Shown in pieces: positions 12,390-26,450 of a stretch of 64,000 nt of DNA. The position numbers and the translations under genes were made by a program. The stretch is from Octopus sinensis. Its lineage: Eukaryota. A model generated the notes under the pieces. That model was not told the DNA's origin and ran no database searches. It saw only the letters and a program-made list of their open reading frames with translations. Location of the stretch: contig NC_043026.1 of assembly GCF_006345805.1 (NCBI RefSeq), positions 5,332,001 through 5,396,000 on the forward strand. Direction: 5' to 3'. Position 1 is the stretch's first letter, and each line of letters starts with the position of its first letter.

Positions 12390-13565
12390 CAGTAGAAACT
12401 CCTCTAATTCGAACGTGTGCTTTGTTCAAGTTAGAGGATGCTGTTCAAATATGGGAAGAAAATGCATAAGGGTGTGAAAATATTTCCTCTACATTTCCGG
12501 GTACCCCCTCTAGTATTTAATGTATATATTAAGATGAGCACATTATATATTTTAAAGAATTGTTAATATCATTGCTTGGGGGGAAAAAAGTTTGAAAATA
12601 AATTAATATTAGATAATGTTAATTTACTTTCAAATTTTTTTTCTAATTAAATAAATGTTAGTGTTAGGTATTATTACATAAATTATCTCATTAACAATCA
12701 ATCACCAATGTAGAATACTTTATGCGTTCATTGAATGAGCTTCTTCACTTTTGTTTCTGTCTTCATTTATCAAACTCACGGGGTCTGCCATTGCATTCCT
12801 CAAGCGATCACAAAAAACTCCACTATTTCCTCGTGCTGTAGTCTCTTTATGATCATATCCTTTCAAAGTGACATTGCTTGCCAAAAATAGTTGTCACTAA
12901 AGTAAGGATTTCTTTCTAGAAATTTTATCACTATCTCCATAGACGTTTCCGTCATCTTATCCCATGATATTTCCTCATTAGAGTGTTCTTGGCCATTTAC
13001 ATAAGATTCACTCGAATGGGAGCTGTTGCTGTCACTAATTTCATGACCAATATTTTCTTCAGGACATTGTTTAGTGTTTTCTTCATCTTGTCAAACCCAC
13101 ATTTCAATTCCATTTGCATCCAAGTGTGTTTGGTTGGAAATCCTCTACTTTCAAGAATATTTTGTACACCAGATACATTTTCTGCTTCTTTCACTTTAGG
13201 AGCACAAGACGCTGGGTATAATTTCCCCCACGCTTCTGTTAATGTGCCTGCTCAAACCTGATTCCATGCACTTGCAAGGGAAAAAATGGCATCTTTGGTG
13301 GTAAAATTGCACTGGAAAATACCTATACTAACATTGCTATTTATTATATTCATCATGAAATCATTTCTGTAGAAACGTTTTAAGCTCCAAATAATCCCTT
13401 GCTCCAGAGGTTGAATGAGAGATGTCACATTCAGTGGTAAGTAGCACGTAAAAACATTCCCACACGATGACACTAGTTTTGTGTCTTGAGGATGTGCTCT
13501 GCAATTGTCTAATAGCTGCAGGCACTTGAATCAGATTTACCAAATTTGTGAGAGCGCTTTTGTTC
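12390..13565 (-). mobile_element. pogo/Tigger-family DNA transposon remnant (DDE_1 transposase C-terminal half plus one TIR)
   Basis: Minus-strand DNCRAHP...YLPLNVTSLIQPLEQGIIWSLKRFYR...KDAIFSLASAWNQV (the D..AHP / LP.N.TSLIQP.DQG signature). TA-CAGTAGAAACTCCTCTAATTCGAAC forms a terminus at about 12388-12412. Confidence 0.85.
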
Positions 13566-13668
13566 AGCTGGCACAAATTCTGGTATGAACATTCTGTGAC
13601 AAGTGTTCATCATCCACCTGTTTTTGAAGAGATATATAATATTGGAAAGGTGGAACGCCTTTATGTTA

Positions 13669-13714
<46 letters not shown>

Positions 13715-13751
13715 ATATTATATATATATATTTATATACTATATATATATG

Positions 13752-13829
<78 letters not shown>

Positions 13830-13866
13830 TACACACACATATTTATATATATATATGTATATATCT

Positions 13867-14279
13867 CTCTTTTACTCTCTTTTACTTGTTTCAGTTCATT
13901 TGACTGCCGGCCATGATGGAGCACCGCCTTTAGTCGAGCAAATCGACCCCGGGACTTATTCTTTGTAAGCCCAGTACTTATTTTATCGGTCTCTTTTGCC
14001 GAACCGCTAAGTAACGGGGACGTAAACACACCAGCATCGGTTGTCAAGCAATGCTAGGGGGACAAACATAGACACACAAACACATACACACACATACATA
14101 TATATATACATATATACGACAGGCTTCTTTCAGTTTCCGTCTACCAAATCCACTCACAAGGCATTGGTCGGCCCGGGGCTATAGCAGAAGACACTAGCCC
14201 AAGATGCCACGCAGTGGGACTGAACCCGGAACCATGTAGCTGGTTAGCAAGCTACTTACCACACAGCCACTCCTGCGCC
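13867..14279 (-). mobile_element. tRNA-derived SINE, family B, apparently full length
   Basis: Minus strand: GGCGCAGGAGTGGCTGTGTGGTAAGTAGC...GGGTTCAGTCCCACTGCG (A/B-box-like head), internal (TA/CA)n, and a 3' end GGCGGTGCTCCATCATGGCC...ACTGAAACAAGTAAAAGAG. Other copies lie at about 27260-27455, 28775-28920, 46629-47270, 47625-47980, 50990-51420, 60170-60525, 61300-61450 and 61898-62240. Confidence 0.88.
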
Positions 14280-14280
14280 T

Positions 14281-14339
14281 ATGTATATATATATATACAT
14301 ATATGTATATATATATATATACATATATATACGTATATG

Positions 14340-14381
<42 letters not shown>

Positions 14382-14744
14382 GTGTATACATATATATAAA
14401 TTTTATATTTTATATATTTTGTATATTATATTAATTATTTTATTTATGTCTTGGTTTATGTTTACACTGTTTGATTTGCCTAATAGTGCTTTTATCTCTA
14501 ATTTAATTTATATATAGATATATATATATATAATATATATTTATATACATATATATATATTTATATATATATATAATATATATATATTATATATAAATTA
14601 TACACATAATAATAATATATATATACACATACACACAACATATTTATATATATATTTATGTATATATATATATACATATATGTATATATATATATATACA
14701 TATATATACGTATATGTATATATATATATATATGTATAGATATA

Positions 14745-14779
<35 letters not shown>

Positions 14780-14918
14780 ATATTATATATATAGTGTATA
14801 CATATATATAAATTTATATTTTATATATTTTGTAATTATATTAATTATTTTTATTTATGTCTTGGTTTATGTTTTACACTGTTTGATTTGCCTAATAGTG
14901 CTTTTATCTCTAATTTAT

Positions 14919-14951
<33 letters not shown>

Positions 14952-14954
14952 ATT

Positions 14955-14985
<31 letters not shown>

Positions 14986-15025
14986 ATACATACATTAATA
15001 TATATATATATATATATATATACAC
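14281..15025. repeat. Compound (TA)n tract containing a direct duplication
   Basis: 14381-14504 and 14793-14916 are near-identical (offset 412). Both contain the TGTTTGATTTGCCTAATAGTG.TTTTATCTCTAATTTA segment also found in the 5381-5657 fold-back. Confidence 0.85.
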
Positions 15026-15375
15026 GCACACAATGAAAATTAAAATATTGCAAATACAATTGTCTTACTTTCCAGTCAAATAAAACACAGGTAAAGTAGA
15101 AGTATGAATATAGAGTAGGGTACAACAAGGCACCATGTTTACTAGAAATAGCAGTCAATAGATTTACGACCCTGTAGTAAAGCTTCACTGTGTATATATA
15201 CTGGGAAAGACGCGTGAAGGCTGGGAACATAAAGACTTCCATCTTACCTCTAGGAAGAACATTAGATAAATGGACAACCCAGAATCGGATAAATCTAGTA
15301 CCTAGGTTTCAGACCCTTAAATAATTTGTAAATTTGATAGTCTCTTCATTTAGATATACCTGGACAATACTTCAA

Positions 15376-15442
<67 letters not shown>

Positions 15443-16339
15443 TATATGTATACATATATACTATTGTTTTATTGTTTTCTTTTACTCATTTCAGTCATGC
15501 AGCTGTGGTCATGCTGGAGCACCACCATATATATATATAGACAGATAGACAGACAGACAGAGTTTCTTACTTAAAAGCAATTTCCAAAGTCTTCTCCTTT
15601 CTTCGGTGGGGTGGAGGGTGGAGGGTGTATCAGATTTCTTTTCACGCAGTCTTCATGTCTGCCCAGGTCTTGATGGGTGTGGCACATCCCTACGCACACA
15701 CATTAGCATGCAGGTGGTTGCACACACGCATACATATATACACACACATACACATGAATAGAAATTGCAAGAGGTCAAAATAATAAGCAAAAAAAAAAAT
15801 AAGAGAAAAAGGAAAAAAAACCCAGTTGTTTTGCATTATTGAATGAAAGGATTAATACCTGCTGAACAAAAGAATCAGGTGAGTTTTATTTGAAAAGATG
15901 AGATTTAGGTCAGCGACAACGTCACCTGTGTTTATGTCTAAGTAAAAACATACGTAAGAGTGAGGGTGTGTGGGCAGATGTGCTTGGGTACACATTTACT
16001 TATACATAAATACAGATATATTTATGACCTAACCCAAAAACAATTGTTTGAAATAAAACTACCTGATGTTTCTCTATTCAAAAAGATTTTGTCATTTCAC
16101 TCAATAAACCTATTTTTTAGGTTTATGCGTTTGTTTTCGCAAGATTATCCATGTTTCTGGCCCAGTCAACTGAAAACAGGTAGACACCCTACCACCACCT
16201 CAATGGCCAAGAATACCCTTATGGACAGGTGGATCAGAGGCATAAGGACTCCTGAAAACTATGACCAGATGAAAAAAATGTCACCTGATAGCTGCGAGTA
16301 CCAAAGTTAATTTAAAGGGTCAAATTTTTAAGTTCAATA

Positions 16340-17340
16340 AAAAAAATATATGGCTCCTTGTCAATGAATGCCATGTATGGAGACTATCTTTGACTAGGTA
16401 TTTCTCCTGCAGCCGCCTTACCAGAAATATAACATCAATAGTGCTTCTCCCTGGCACAAACCCAAACTGCATCTCATCTAAACTAACTCACTCCCTATTT
16501 AGTTGGGCTATGTCCCTCTCCGTGGCTTTCATCACCTGGTCCAACAATTTCATACCTCTGTAATTAGTTTTGTCTAATGCATCACCTTTACCTTTGTAGC
16601 AATTGATTATGGTGCTGCAACACCAGTCATTGGGTATGACCCCTTTGCACATCACCTGCTTGACTATACATGTGACTAGACTACAGCCTACACCACCAGA
16701 TATTTTAAGCATCACACCAGTGATTCCTAATGAGCAGGAGGAGCTTTCCCTGCTTCCATACCCTTAATTGCTTTATCTACCAAGGTACTGTCAATTTGAA
16801 TAGCTGATCCCTCTGTTAGGTCAACATTGGCACACTTTCTCCCATTCAGGAACCATTTATAGTGGCATCTCCAAGTCTCTCTCTTTGCAGCATCATTAAA
16901 TGCAAGTGACCCATCATCCATTGCAGACACATTTCTCTCTTTTGACATCACAATTCTCTCTCACACACTGTCTTGCAATATGAAACACTTTGAGTCTCTG
17001 GTCCACACAAGAAAGAACATTGGCAAATTTTTATTCTTACCTGCTTCCCTTCTGGCTAAGTAAACCTGTCTCCTAGCTTCCCTTCTGGCGATCTGATACA
17101 GTTCCCTGCTTCCACCACACTTCCAGTCCTTCCATGCCTGTTTCTTTTTCCTAATGACCATGTCAACTACATTGTTCCACCACCATGCCACCTTAGATCA
17201 AGTGGGCCTTTGCATCAGCCACAGATCTGGTCAGTAACCCGCAACAGGTTGTCCCATAGGAACCTTCAGTTGTCCTCCAGATGTGGTGTCACACTTCTCC
17301 TGTCTCTTTTATGCAGTTGTGTATCCCTCATCTGTAGAAG
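16340..17340 (-). mobile_element. RTE-clade LINE ORF2 fragment (region between endonuclease and RT)
   Basis: Minus-strand WWWNNVVDMVIRKKKQAWKDWK, KAIKGMEAGKAP, IPNDWCCSTIINCYKGKGDALDKTNYRGMKLLDQVMK..ER. Confidence 0.88.
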
Positions 17341-17364
17341 TTGGTTGGCTGCATCTAGAGTCAA

Positions 17365-18450
17365 GGCTTTACCTCAGAAATAAGTTTGTCATCTGAAAAT
17401 TTCTTCCCCTTCAAAAAAGATTTCATGGTTGGAAAGAGGTGGAAGTCAGATGGTGCGAGGTCAGGAGAGTAAGGATTTCATAGCCAGAGGAGTGTGCTTT
17501 CATCTGGGCAACATGTGTTTTGTGAACTGAGTTGTTGTCTTTGAGGAAGCAGACTCCTTTGGTCAGCATGCCATGCTTCTCTGCTTTGATGGCATCTGCA
17601 ATTTCTGCGCAGAAAGCATGATGTGCCCCCATTAATGGTGGAGCCCTTTGCCAGAAAATCCATCATCACTAATCTGTGCTGGTCCAAAAAGATTGAGCAT
17701 CACTTGCCTGGTCAGGGCTGGACGCGACCCTTCTTTGGAGGTGATGAGTTATCATACTTCCATTGTTTTGACTGGACTTTAGTCTCAGGACCATAGTGAT
17801 GGACCCACGCTTCATCCTGTGTGATAAGTCTGCCGAAAAAATCCTCTCATTTTCTTGACACATTGCCAAAAGGGCCTTGGAACAATTGACCCATTCCTGC
17901 TTTTGAAAAGATGTGAGCATCTGGGGAATCCATTGTGCTGATAACATGTACAAATGGTTGTAAATGAGTTTTTTCCCACAGATCCTAAGCTTATCTTCAC
18001 TTTTGGGTTAGTTGCCATAAAGTTCTGTGTGTGATCCTCCAAAATGGCAGCTTCCACTTTATGGATGGCATCATCATCAATGGCAGAATGTGGTTGTCCA
18101 ACAGTTTCCACCCATGTCCAGCCCCATTTGAACAGGTGATGCCAGTGCTTGACTATGTTGTATGATGGTGCATCGTCACCATAAGTGCTTCTTTGTCTCA
18201 TCAAAAGTCCCATTTGGTGTACGACCTTCCAAGTATAAGAAACCTGATCCCTGATCTGCATCAACTGCCTCCATTATAACAGCTTAGTCCACTTCAGCAG
18301 CCGCAAAAGACAAACAAATCCGACGAGGAAAGCTGCAATTTACAATGGGACATGGGGAGAGACAGGTATGACTATACCTGTACAAGTTCCGTTCCTGCAA
18401 TAACTGGAAGTGGGTGGGGGAGGGAAACATCTTTAATGAACACCCCTAAT
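17365..18450 (-). mobile_element. mariner (DD34D-like) transposon, pseudogenised
   Basis: YGDDAPSYNIVKHWH.LFK.G (HTH), LSAQWIPQMLT.FQK (WVP motif), MDFLAKGSTING and KGVCFLKDNNSVH. A TIR-like TTAGGGGTGTTCATTAAA lies at about 18432-18449. Confidence 0.88.
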
Positions 18451-20996
18451 TTTTGTTAAGCCTTGTATTTATTCCAGCGATCCCTCCTTCTTTCTCACTC
18501 AATCATTATATGTCCTCCTCCCTCTCTCACTCTTTTCTCTCATTATGTCTGCTCTCTCCTCTTTCATCTCCTATGTTTAATTTCAGAGGGAGATTTGGAT
18601 ATTATTCTAACAAGCCGAGTCACAATGCTAATATTTCAAATAATGTGTGATTTAAAGGGATTTGACTGCTATTTCTACAAGAGAAAATATCAATACAACT
18701 ATATACACAGATATACAAAAAGCGACTCCCTGCCCTCATAAAGAATAGATTTTTTTTCCTGATTTATGGAGAATGCTAGAAATTTTAAGGGGAGGGGGTT
18801 AATCAACATTTACTAAAAGTGATCTAGCTACCAGATAGAGATCCTGTATGACCTCATATATACATGCATTAGAAATTACTCTGTAATTAGAGCTTTAATT
18901 GGCTGGTAATTCCAACGAGCCTTCCTACAATGCAGTTAATTTCTTCAGACATAACACAGCATGGTGTGTGATTTTAGGAGATTTGACTGCTATTTCTAGA
19001 AGCATATATGTATTAATATAACTATATATGATATATATTATTGTAGTTATAGTATGTGTGTGTGTGTGTGTGTCTGTGTGTTCATAAGGCAGCGTGTTGG
19101 CAGAATCCCTCACACGGCAGAGGAAATGCTTCACACCATTTCGTAGTTTCACATTGTGAGTTCAAATTCTGGTGAGGGTAGCTTTGCATCCAATCGTTCC
19201 AGGCTCATGAATTGAGCACAAATCAAGTAATAGGGTCAATGTAATCGATTAGGTGCTCACAATAATTGCAGTCCTTGTGCTAAATGTTAAATGAGAATTA
19301 TTACATAATTAATAGATGAATAGAAAGATAGAGAAGGAGAGAGTGACAGAGAGAGAAGGAGAGAGTGACAGAGAGAGAGAGAGATGTTACAGTATGTGTA
19401 TGTGTATAAGCCGGTGAGGTGGAAGAATCGTTCACACGCAGGGTCGATGGAGTCAATGGCTGCCTCTACTAGATTCCAGGCCTTGTGCCAACAGACAAAG
19501 AATAATCATATATGTGTATGGTAGAAAATGGTGCCTGGGACTGAATGTCTATACGGATGAGGGTTGCAAGGAAGGTATCTGATCCTAAAATGCTGTGAAG
19601 AAGAGCTGATAATAGATAGACAGACACACAGAGAGATAGGTCTGTGATTTAGGGAGACTTGGCTGCTATTCTTGCTGCAGGTCTAGTGTCCATTAAGCAT
19701 TGATACATGAGATATTTAAATATTTTCTTTCTGCTTCTTTCTATATTTTGTCCATGTCGGAATTCTGATTGAAGCATCCCATATAATCACTCATAACAGT
19801 TTGTTTTTTTCAGTTTCCAGGAAATTTTGTTTTAATATTTTGAAATTAAAAAAATGGACAGTCTGGACTTTGTGCTTAAATCCCATCAAAAGACCATTAA
19901 AGAATTTATTGAAAGATAATGAAAACATCAAATGTAAGAGTGAGAAACAAACAAGGAGGGTATCAAAGTGATCATGCGATATGCTAAAAATAACAGCTAA
20001 ATAGCCCTTAAAAGCACAAAAAAACTATCTTTTCTTTTCACTTTTGCAAACTGTATCAATTCCTGTGTTAGAACAAATTTACAAAACTCTTCTAAAATTC
20101 ACAAAAGGAAAAAGTTATGAGGGTTTGTTTGGGTGATTACATCAAAATTGCTCCCTCTGTCTTCATATACATGTTTGCTAAAGTCTTGCTGTTGTTTCTA
20201 GCATATGAAGTGCTGCAGTTAAATGGACCTGTTGTTCATTTGTTGAAAGACAGCCATAGAATTTATAAACTGCAGTTAATTTCAGTAGGTTGGAGGGGCA
20301 TTTGGCTGCTATTTCTAACAGCTGTAGCCCTCATGTACAATTCAACTGTCACTGGTCACATACATAAATATGTATGAAGTTATGTTAAGACAAAATGGTG
20401 TGTTGGAAGGGGATTTGCTGCTATTTCTAACAGCTCTAACATTCTTTAACCTTTTATACATCATGAATTTAATTTTCTTTTTTGGTCTTCATGGTGTGGT
20501 GGTGGTGGTGGTGTGGTGTGTGTGTGTGATATTGTTGGTGTTGTTGTTGCTGTCATGTCATTTCCCCCAAGCTTGTTGATCAAGTCAGTGAATGCCAGCT
20601 ACAAATTTATTGTTCCACATGTGATTTGGGTGAGGTTTACCTACTTTCTCTAATAGTCCATGCTAGTGGTGGTGGTCATGGTGCCTGTCGGAGGGAGAGG
20701 ATCGTATTATTGTGGTTATAGCAGTTTAGCCCCAACTCAACCCTGATCCATCAAATCTAGAAGCCAAGACATTCCAGCCATGACATACTATTTAGACTAA
20801 CTTTACACAGCATCTCGCCAGACAGTGAAAAACATAAATACAGTAATAATACGTTGTTATCATTCTGCTCACGTAATTATTAGGTTTGGGGCACTGAGTA
20901 AGTTATGGGCTCTGCGTTACACTCTCTCACTAATTAATTAGCTTGCATATGTGCATAAATGTATATATACATACAAACAATCATATATAGGTAAAT

Positions 20997-21032
<36 letters not shown>

Positions 21033-21932
21033 CAAAATAAGAAAATGGAGAAATACATCCAAATCAAATATCAATTTCCAGATAATACCCAATCACATAC
21101 TTTATTAAACCACCACACAAGAAACTTTAAGGTCAAACATAATAATATAGAACAAAACAGTGTACATAAAGGAGTAATGTGATACAATAAATACAATATG
21201 TATAAGAGAATATAAATATAAGTAAATAGCAGTATATTGGATATATGTTATCCCATGGAGGGTTGCATTTACAACCCCTATCTCAATTTGTATATATATA
21301 TATATATATATACACATATATATATGTACATATATACATATATATATTTATGTAAATAATATAGAATAAACTTGTCCATTCTCAAGCTTTTAACTAAAAC
21401 ATGTGTTCCTTGTTCCTACACCTGTCTTTTGTTTTTTTGTAAATTTGAACCATATACCTGTTTGTGTGATTGGATGCATGGACAGACGGACGGACGCAGA
21501 GACAGTCAGTTGGACAGTCTCTCTACAGAAAGAGAGCGTTACTTTTCACTCCCCTCCTCTCTTATTAAATAGGATCATATTCGGAATAGGCAGAGTGAAT
21601 GCACAAAGAAGTAGGAGCATCTGTATAATGAAGGGGTTCAGAAGACTGTACAGGGTGTGTGGATAGAGAGAAGAGAGAGGGGTGATCCCTAAGAGGGTGA
21701 GAGATACAGGAGTGTCTAAGGGGACAATGGTACGTCTGTGAGGGCAGTGAGAGTGAATGTGTGTGAGGAGGCATATGAGGGAGAGTGGAGGGCATGATGT
21801 AGGAGGAAAGGAAAGTGTTGAGATAGGGTGGAGGACCAGATTGTATTGGGGGAAGGCATGGGTGTAAAGGGTGTGACTGTATGTGTGTGTGTGTATGTAT
21901 ATATATATATATATATATAATACATATACATC

Positions 21933-21963
<31 letters not shown>

Positions 21964-24900
21964 TATATACCCAACCACAAATCATCATCATTGTTTAGCG
22001 TCCATTTTCCATGCTAGCATGGGTTGGACAGTTCAACTGGGGTCTGGGAAGCCAGAAGGCTTCACCAGGCCCCAGTCTGATCTGGCAGCGTTTCTACAGC
22101 TAGATGCCCTTCCTAATGCCAACCACTCCGTGAGTGTAGTGGGTGCTCCTTACGTGCCACCGGCACAGGAGGCTGGCAAACGGCCAGGATTGGTTGGTGC
22201 TTTTACGTGTCACCGACATAAACGCCAGTCAGGCCACGCTGGCATCTGCCACATTTGGACGGTACTTTTAACATGTCACCGGCACAGGTATCTTAACAAC
22301 AATTTCCATTTGGGCAAATCAATTTATTTGCACAGTAATAGAGAAACTCGTGTTCCCTTTGAAATTACTCTTGTGGTTTGGGCTTTAACTGCCCTCTCTA
22401 GCACGTAAGGTGTCCTGTTAAAGGTCACCTCTTTTGTGTATAAATATGTGCATTATTATATATATATTGGCTTCAAATTTTGGCACAAGGCCAGCAGATT
22501 CGTGGAATGCTCCAGTTTTGATTGCATCAGTCCCAGTGGCCATCGTCCCTGAATGCGAATCTCCATGGAATTAGAACTCAGAACATAAAGTCAGATGAAA
22601 ACACTGCTAAGCATTTTGCCTGGTGTACTAACGATTCTGCCAGCTCAGCAGATATACATACATATATATACACATATATATGTTTATATATACACGTATA
22701 TATATATATTTATATATATATATATATATATTACATATTTATATATATACTTACCTTTGTATATATACTTACTACATATGTCTATACATATACTTAATAT
22801 GAACATACACACATATATACAGCTACAGATGCATGCACATACTCACCCCTGCATACATACATGTGCTTACTGACCTACATATATACAGACACACATTCAT
22901 ACATTTATATACACACATATATACATTGATGAGAGGGATTATATATACATTGGTTTTTCTTAGGTTTTGTTTTCTGCAACAAAGAATGTCTGTTGAAATA
23001 GAATATTTTTCAGTAGAAAACAGACATTTTACATGAAAAAATCGTGAGGAATAATTTGATATTATATACAGTAACATACGGAGATATATACACACACACA
23101 TACATAGATATATGTATATGGACAGTGTGTGTGTGGTGTATTTAAGGATATTTAATTATCAGTATATCACTCTCTCCAAACCAATTAAAGGGCTCCTTTC
23201 TGATCCCTTATGGCAGATAAAATGCTAACACAAAAAATGAAAAGAGATGCAGCCAATGTTACCAAATGTGCGGAACTTAGGGATTTAGAAAATATCAAAC
23301 TTTAAAGATCTTTAGTACACAAAGCTCAGATCAAAATAGAATTCTTGTGATTTAACAGCCATACAGAGCTCTCGGTCATTGGCTCATTACATACATATAT
23401 ACATTCCTATAACAATAGAATCTGACTAGAAGGAGATTTGGCTGTTATTTCTATCAGGGTTAGCTACTCTAAAGCATTCTCCTTCCTTGCTTCGTTCAAT
23501 GTCCGACACATTAACGATGAAGTCATTCACTGCACAAATAACAGTCCTTTCTTCTAAATGCACAAGGCCTGACATTTTGTAGGGAAGCGGACGGTCGACT
23601 ACATGGCCTCAGTACTCAAATGATACTTGTTTTATTGACCCTGGGGAGATGAAACCAAAGTCGGCCTCGGTGGAATTTGAACTTGGAACATAGTGACAAG
23701 TGAAATACCACTAAGCATTTTGCCCTGTATGCTAATGATTCTTATTAATTATAATAATAATAATAACTATAATGGGCTTATTGTATACGATGTTAGGGTC
23801 ACTACAACTCATTGGAAAAGGTATGCCTGTATGTGTGTATGTATATGGGTGTGTTTGTAGGTACATGTTTATATGTATATATATGTATATATATGTACAT
23901 GTGTGTGTGTGTAGCTATATATGTATGTATACAAATTTAAATGTTGAGGATGGGATTTTTCCATATAAAGAAAGAAGGCAAAATAAGTGAATATGATTGG
24001 TTCAGAAACATGAAACACTTGAATGGAAATGCATGGAGAGGTGGTGGTGGTGGTGGCAATGTTGGAGAGGATGTAAAGAGAGAAAGAAAGAATATAGAAT
24101 TGGATGGGAGGTGGGGAGAGGGTGTCATTCATATAGTCTGTGTTAATCTGAGATAGGCGTGTCGATGTAATCTGGCTAACATATACTACAACACACCAAC
24201 ATATACACACACATACCTATACACAACAGACACATACTTTTAAACCAAGATACATACCCATGACAAGGTAACACCCACCAGGTATCTAGAAACTTCTTCC
24301 TGGTAGATTATAAATATAACTTTAAGTGCAGTATACTAGCCAAACCATTGCCACCTTTGCATGATATTTCTGAGAGAGACAGTCTTCAGGCTAGAATAAA
24401 CACCTCAACACAAGTAATCCAGGTAATTATTTTATTTAATACGCAATTTACCAATACACTTCGTTAAAGCTTCATTAGAACTATTTTGAAGCATAACTTT
24501 TATATTGGAATTTGTTTTATTTTCAGGCAGTATTTTTTCGACTAGAAAATTTTCAAAGACTTTACACTGTTACATTACAAGTAAACATTTTCATTTCCAG
24601 AATATAAAATAAAGTATAGTTTGGTTATGACTATGTCAAAACTATTTAATGGGAATTAGAGGAATGGATATGTTCATCTAAGGATACACAATTTTAGGTA
24701 GTTTACAGTGGATTTCTAATTCTCAAGTGAAATTTAAAATTTGTAAATTAATTTTATGGCTGTTAAATTATTAGTGTTTTGTAAACTTAATTTTTTAAAA
24801 GGTTAGCAAGGGAGAAGGGCCCTGCCGATGGTCCTGTATATTTCCAGGGTCTTCAAATGTGGTGAATGGAAGATAGACATTCTCAAAACAAGAGACCTAA

Positions 24901-25689
24901 CATGAATGCATACACCAGAGAAATCCCCTCCTAAAAAGCATCTCAAGGGCCAGGTGATGGTGTTGAAAAATGTGATAGATTAAGTCTGCAACCCAGGGAG
25001 GCAACAAAAGGATTTGAACTCAGATCACAAAGAACCACATTAAATACTACAAGGCATCTTGTCAAATATATAAATCCATCAGACCACCACCTCAGACTGG
25101 CATTTTAATTATCGACCCTTGCATAATAAAAAAATCAAAATTAATCTCGGCAGGATTTGAACTCAGTAGACAAAGAGTTTGTATAAATACCACAAGGTAG
25201 TGTGTGTGTGTAGCTATATATGTATACAAATTTCAATATTGAGGATCGGATTTTTCCATAAAAAGAAAGAAAGCAAAATAAGTAAAAAACAAATTTATAG
25301 CCTGATTAAGTTTGTGTCTAAGTCCAACGTTCTAACGACTCTACTAACACAATGTAACACATGTTTTGTTTATTTGTATTTTTTAATGTTCATATAAGCA
25401 TTTTTTGCCACTAAATTCAAAAATCACATTCATTTTTACCTAACATCGATAGTTATTTATTTATTCCTAATTTCATATTTGCTCGTTATATTTGTAACTT
25501 TTCTCTACAGCACTTTGCTGGTTCAATCTATTCTAGTATTGTAAGGATAATTACACATTTAGTAATTTTTCATTTATTGAAAGGTATTTAGGAAGTATAA
25601 TATTAGTTACAACAAAAAGAAACAATAAAACTCTGCACTGTAAATGCCTTGATAACTCTTTTCTTAAGATGAGAAGTGCTTTGACGATC

Positions 25690-26450
25690 GAGATTTTCTA
25701 GAGTGTATACCTTCATCTCTTCTGACTAGAGACCATATATAATCTCCCATCATAGCAGTATCCCATCGTCCTTGGTATCTTCTTTCCATAGTTGCGACGT
25801 CCTGATGAAATCTCTCACCATGATCCTCACTTCATGGCATTTCCAGTTCACAGATGTCTTGCAGTCTTCCCCCAGTAGATTCCATTCCTTCAACCTTGAA
25901 AGAATTTCAACTCCTGATTTAGTAAGACCCAGATCCCTGATTAAATCATCTAGCTCACTCTGATTTGGAAAGTGAGGCTCTGAAGTCGTTCATGGTACGA
26001 AAGCTTCTGCCATTTCTTGGCTTCTGCTACATGTTGACTCTTCAGATGAAATATTTTCTGGTGGTAGTGGTACCCGTAAACTGTCAGGTGCTCTAGATGA
26101 TGGTATGTCTGGATACTGAAGAGCTTGTCTTCTTTTCACTTTTCTGTACTTTGTCACATCGATCATACAAAACTAACAGTCATCGTGATGGTTCTTTGGC
26201 TCTCTCCATACCCTTGGAATGGCAAAAGGCATTGACCTTCCTGTACTTCTTAACCATCATTCTAGAGTAGACTGACAGCTTCCACATATCACATGTGGGG
26301 GCCTGTGGTTTGTCCTGATCACCCATGGGCATTCCGAAATAGTCAGTACGCTATCCACAATTTGGCACCTTTCACAATCTTATGTAATACCTGCTTTTTT
26401 CCAATATAATAACCACACACATAGCAAAATGTATCTGGAGAATTTTTACA
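25690..26450 (-). mobile_element. Chapaev(3)-like (CMC superfamily) transposase remnant with a large internal deletion
   Basis: Minus-strand YFGMPMGDQDKPQAP-HVIC and IPRVWREPKNHHDDC*FC (N-terminal Cys/His domain), then LIRDLGLTKSGVEILSSRLKEWNLL, joined almost directly to the C-terminal SEDHGERFHQDVATMERRYQGRWDTAMMGDYIWSLVR. Confidence 0.75.

Noticed and set aside
24264-24600. Canonical-looking 104-nt intron (CAG|GTAATT at 24423; TTTTATTTTCAG at 24526) joining two short open frames
   Set aside because: There is no start codon or recognisable protein, and such site pairs are expected by chance in AT-rich DNA. RNA-seq would be needed.
23890-25290. ~95-bp direct duplication (about 23895-23990 and 25197-25285)
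   Set aside because: Short, next to SINE remnants and non-coding, with no structure suggesting function.
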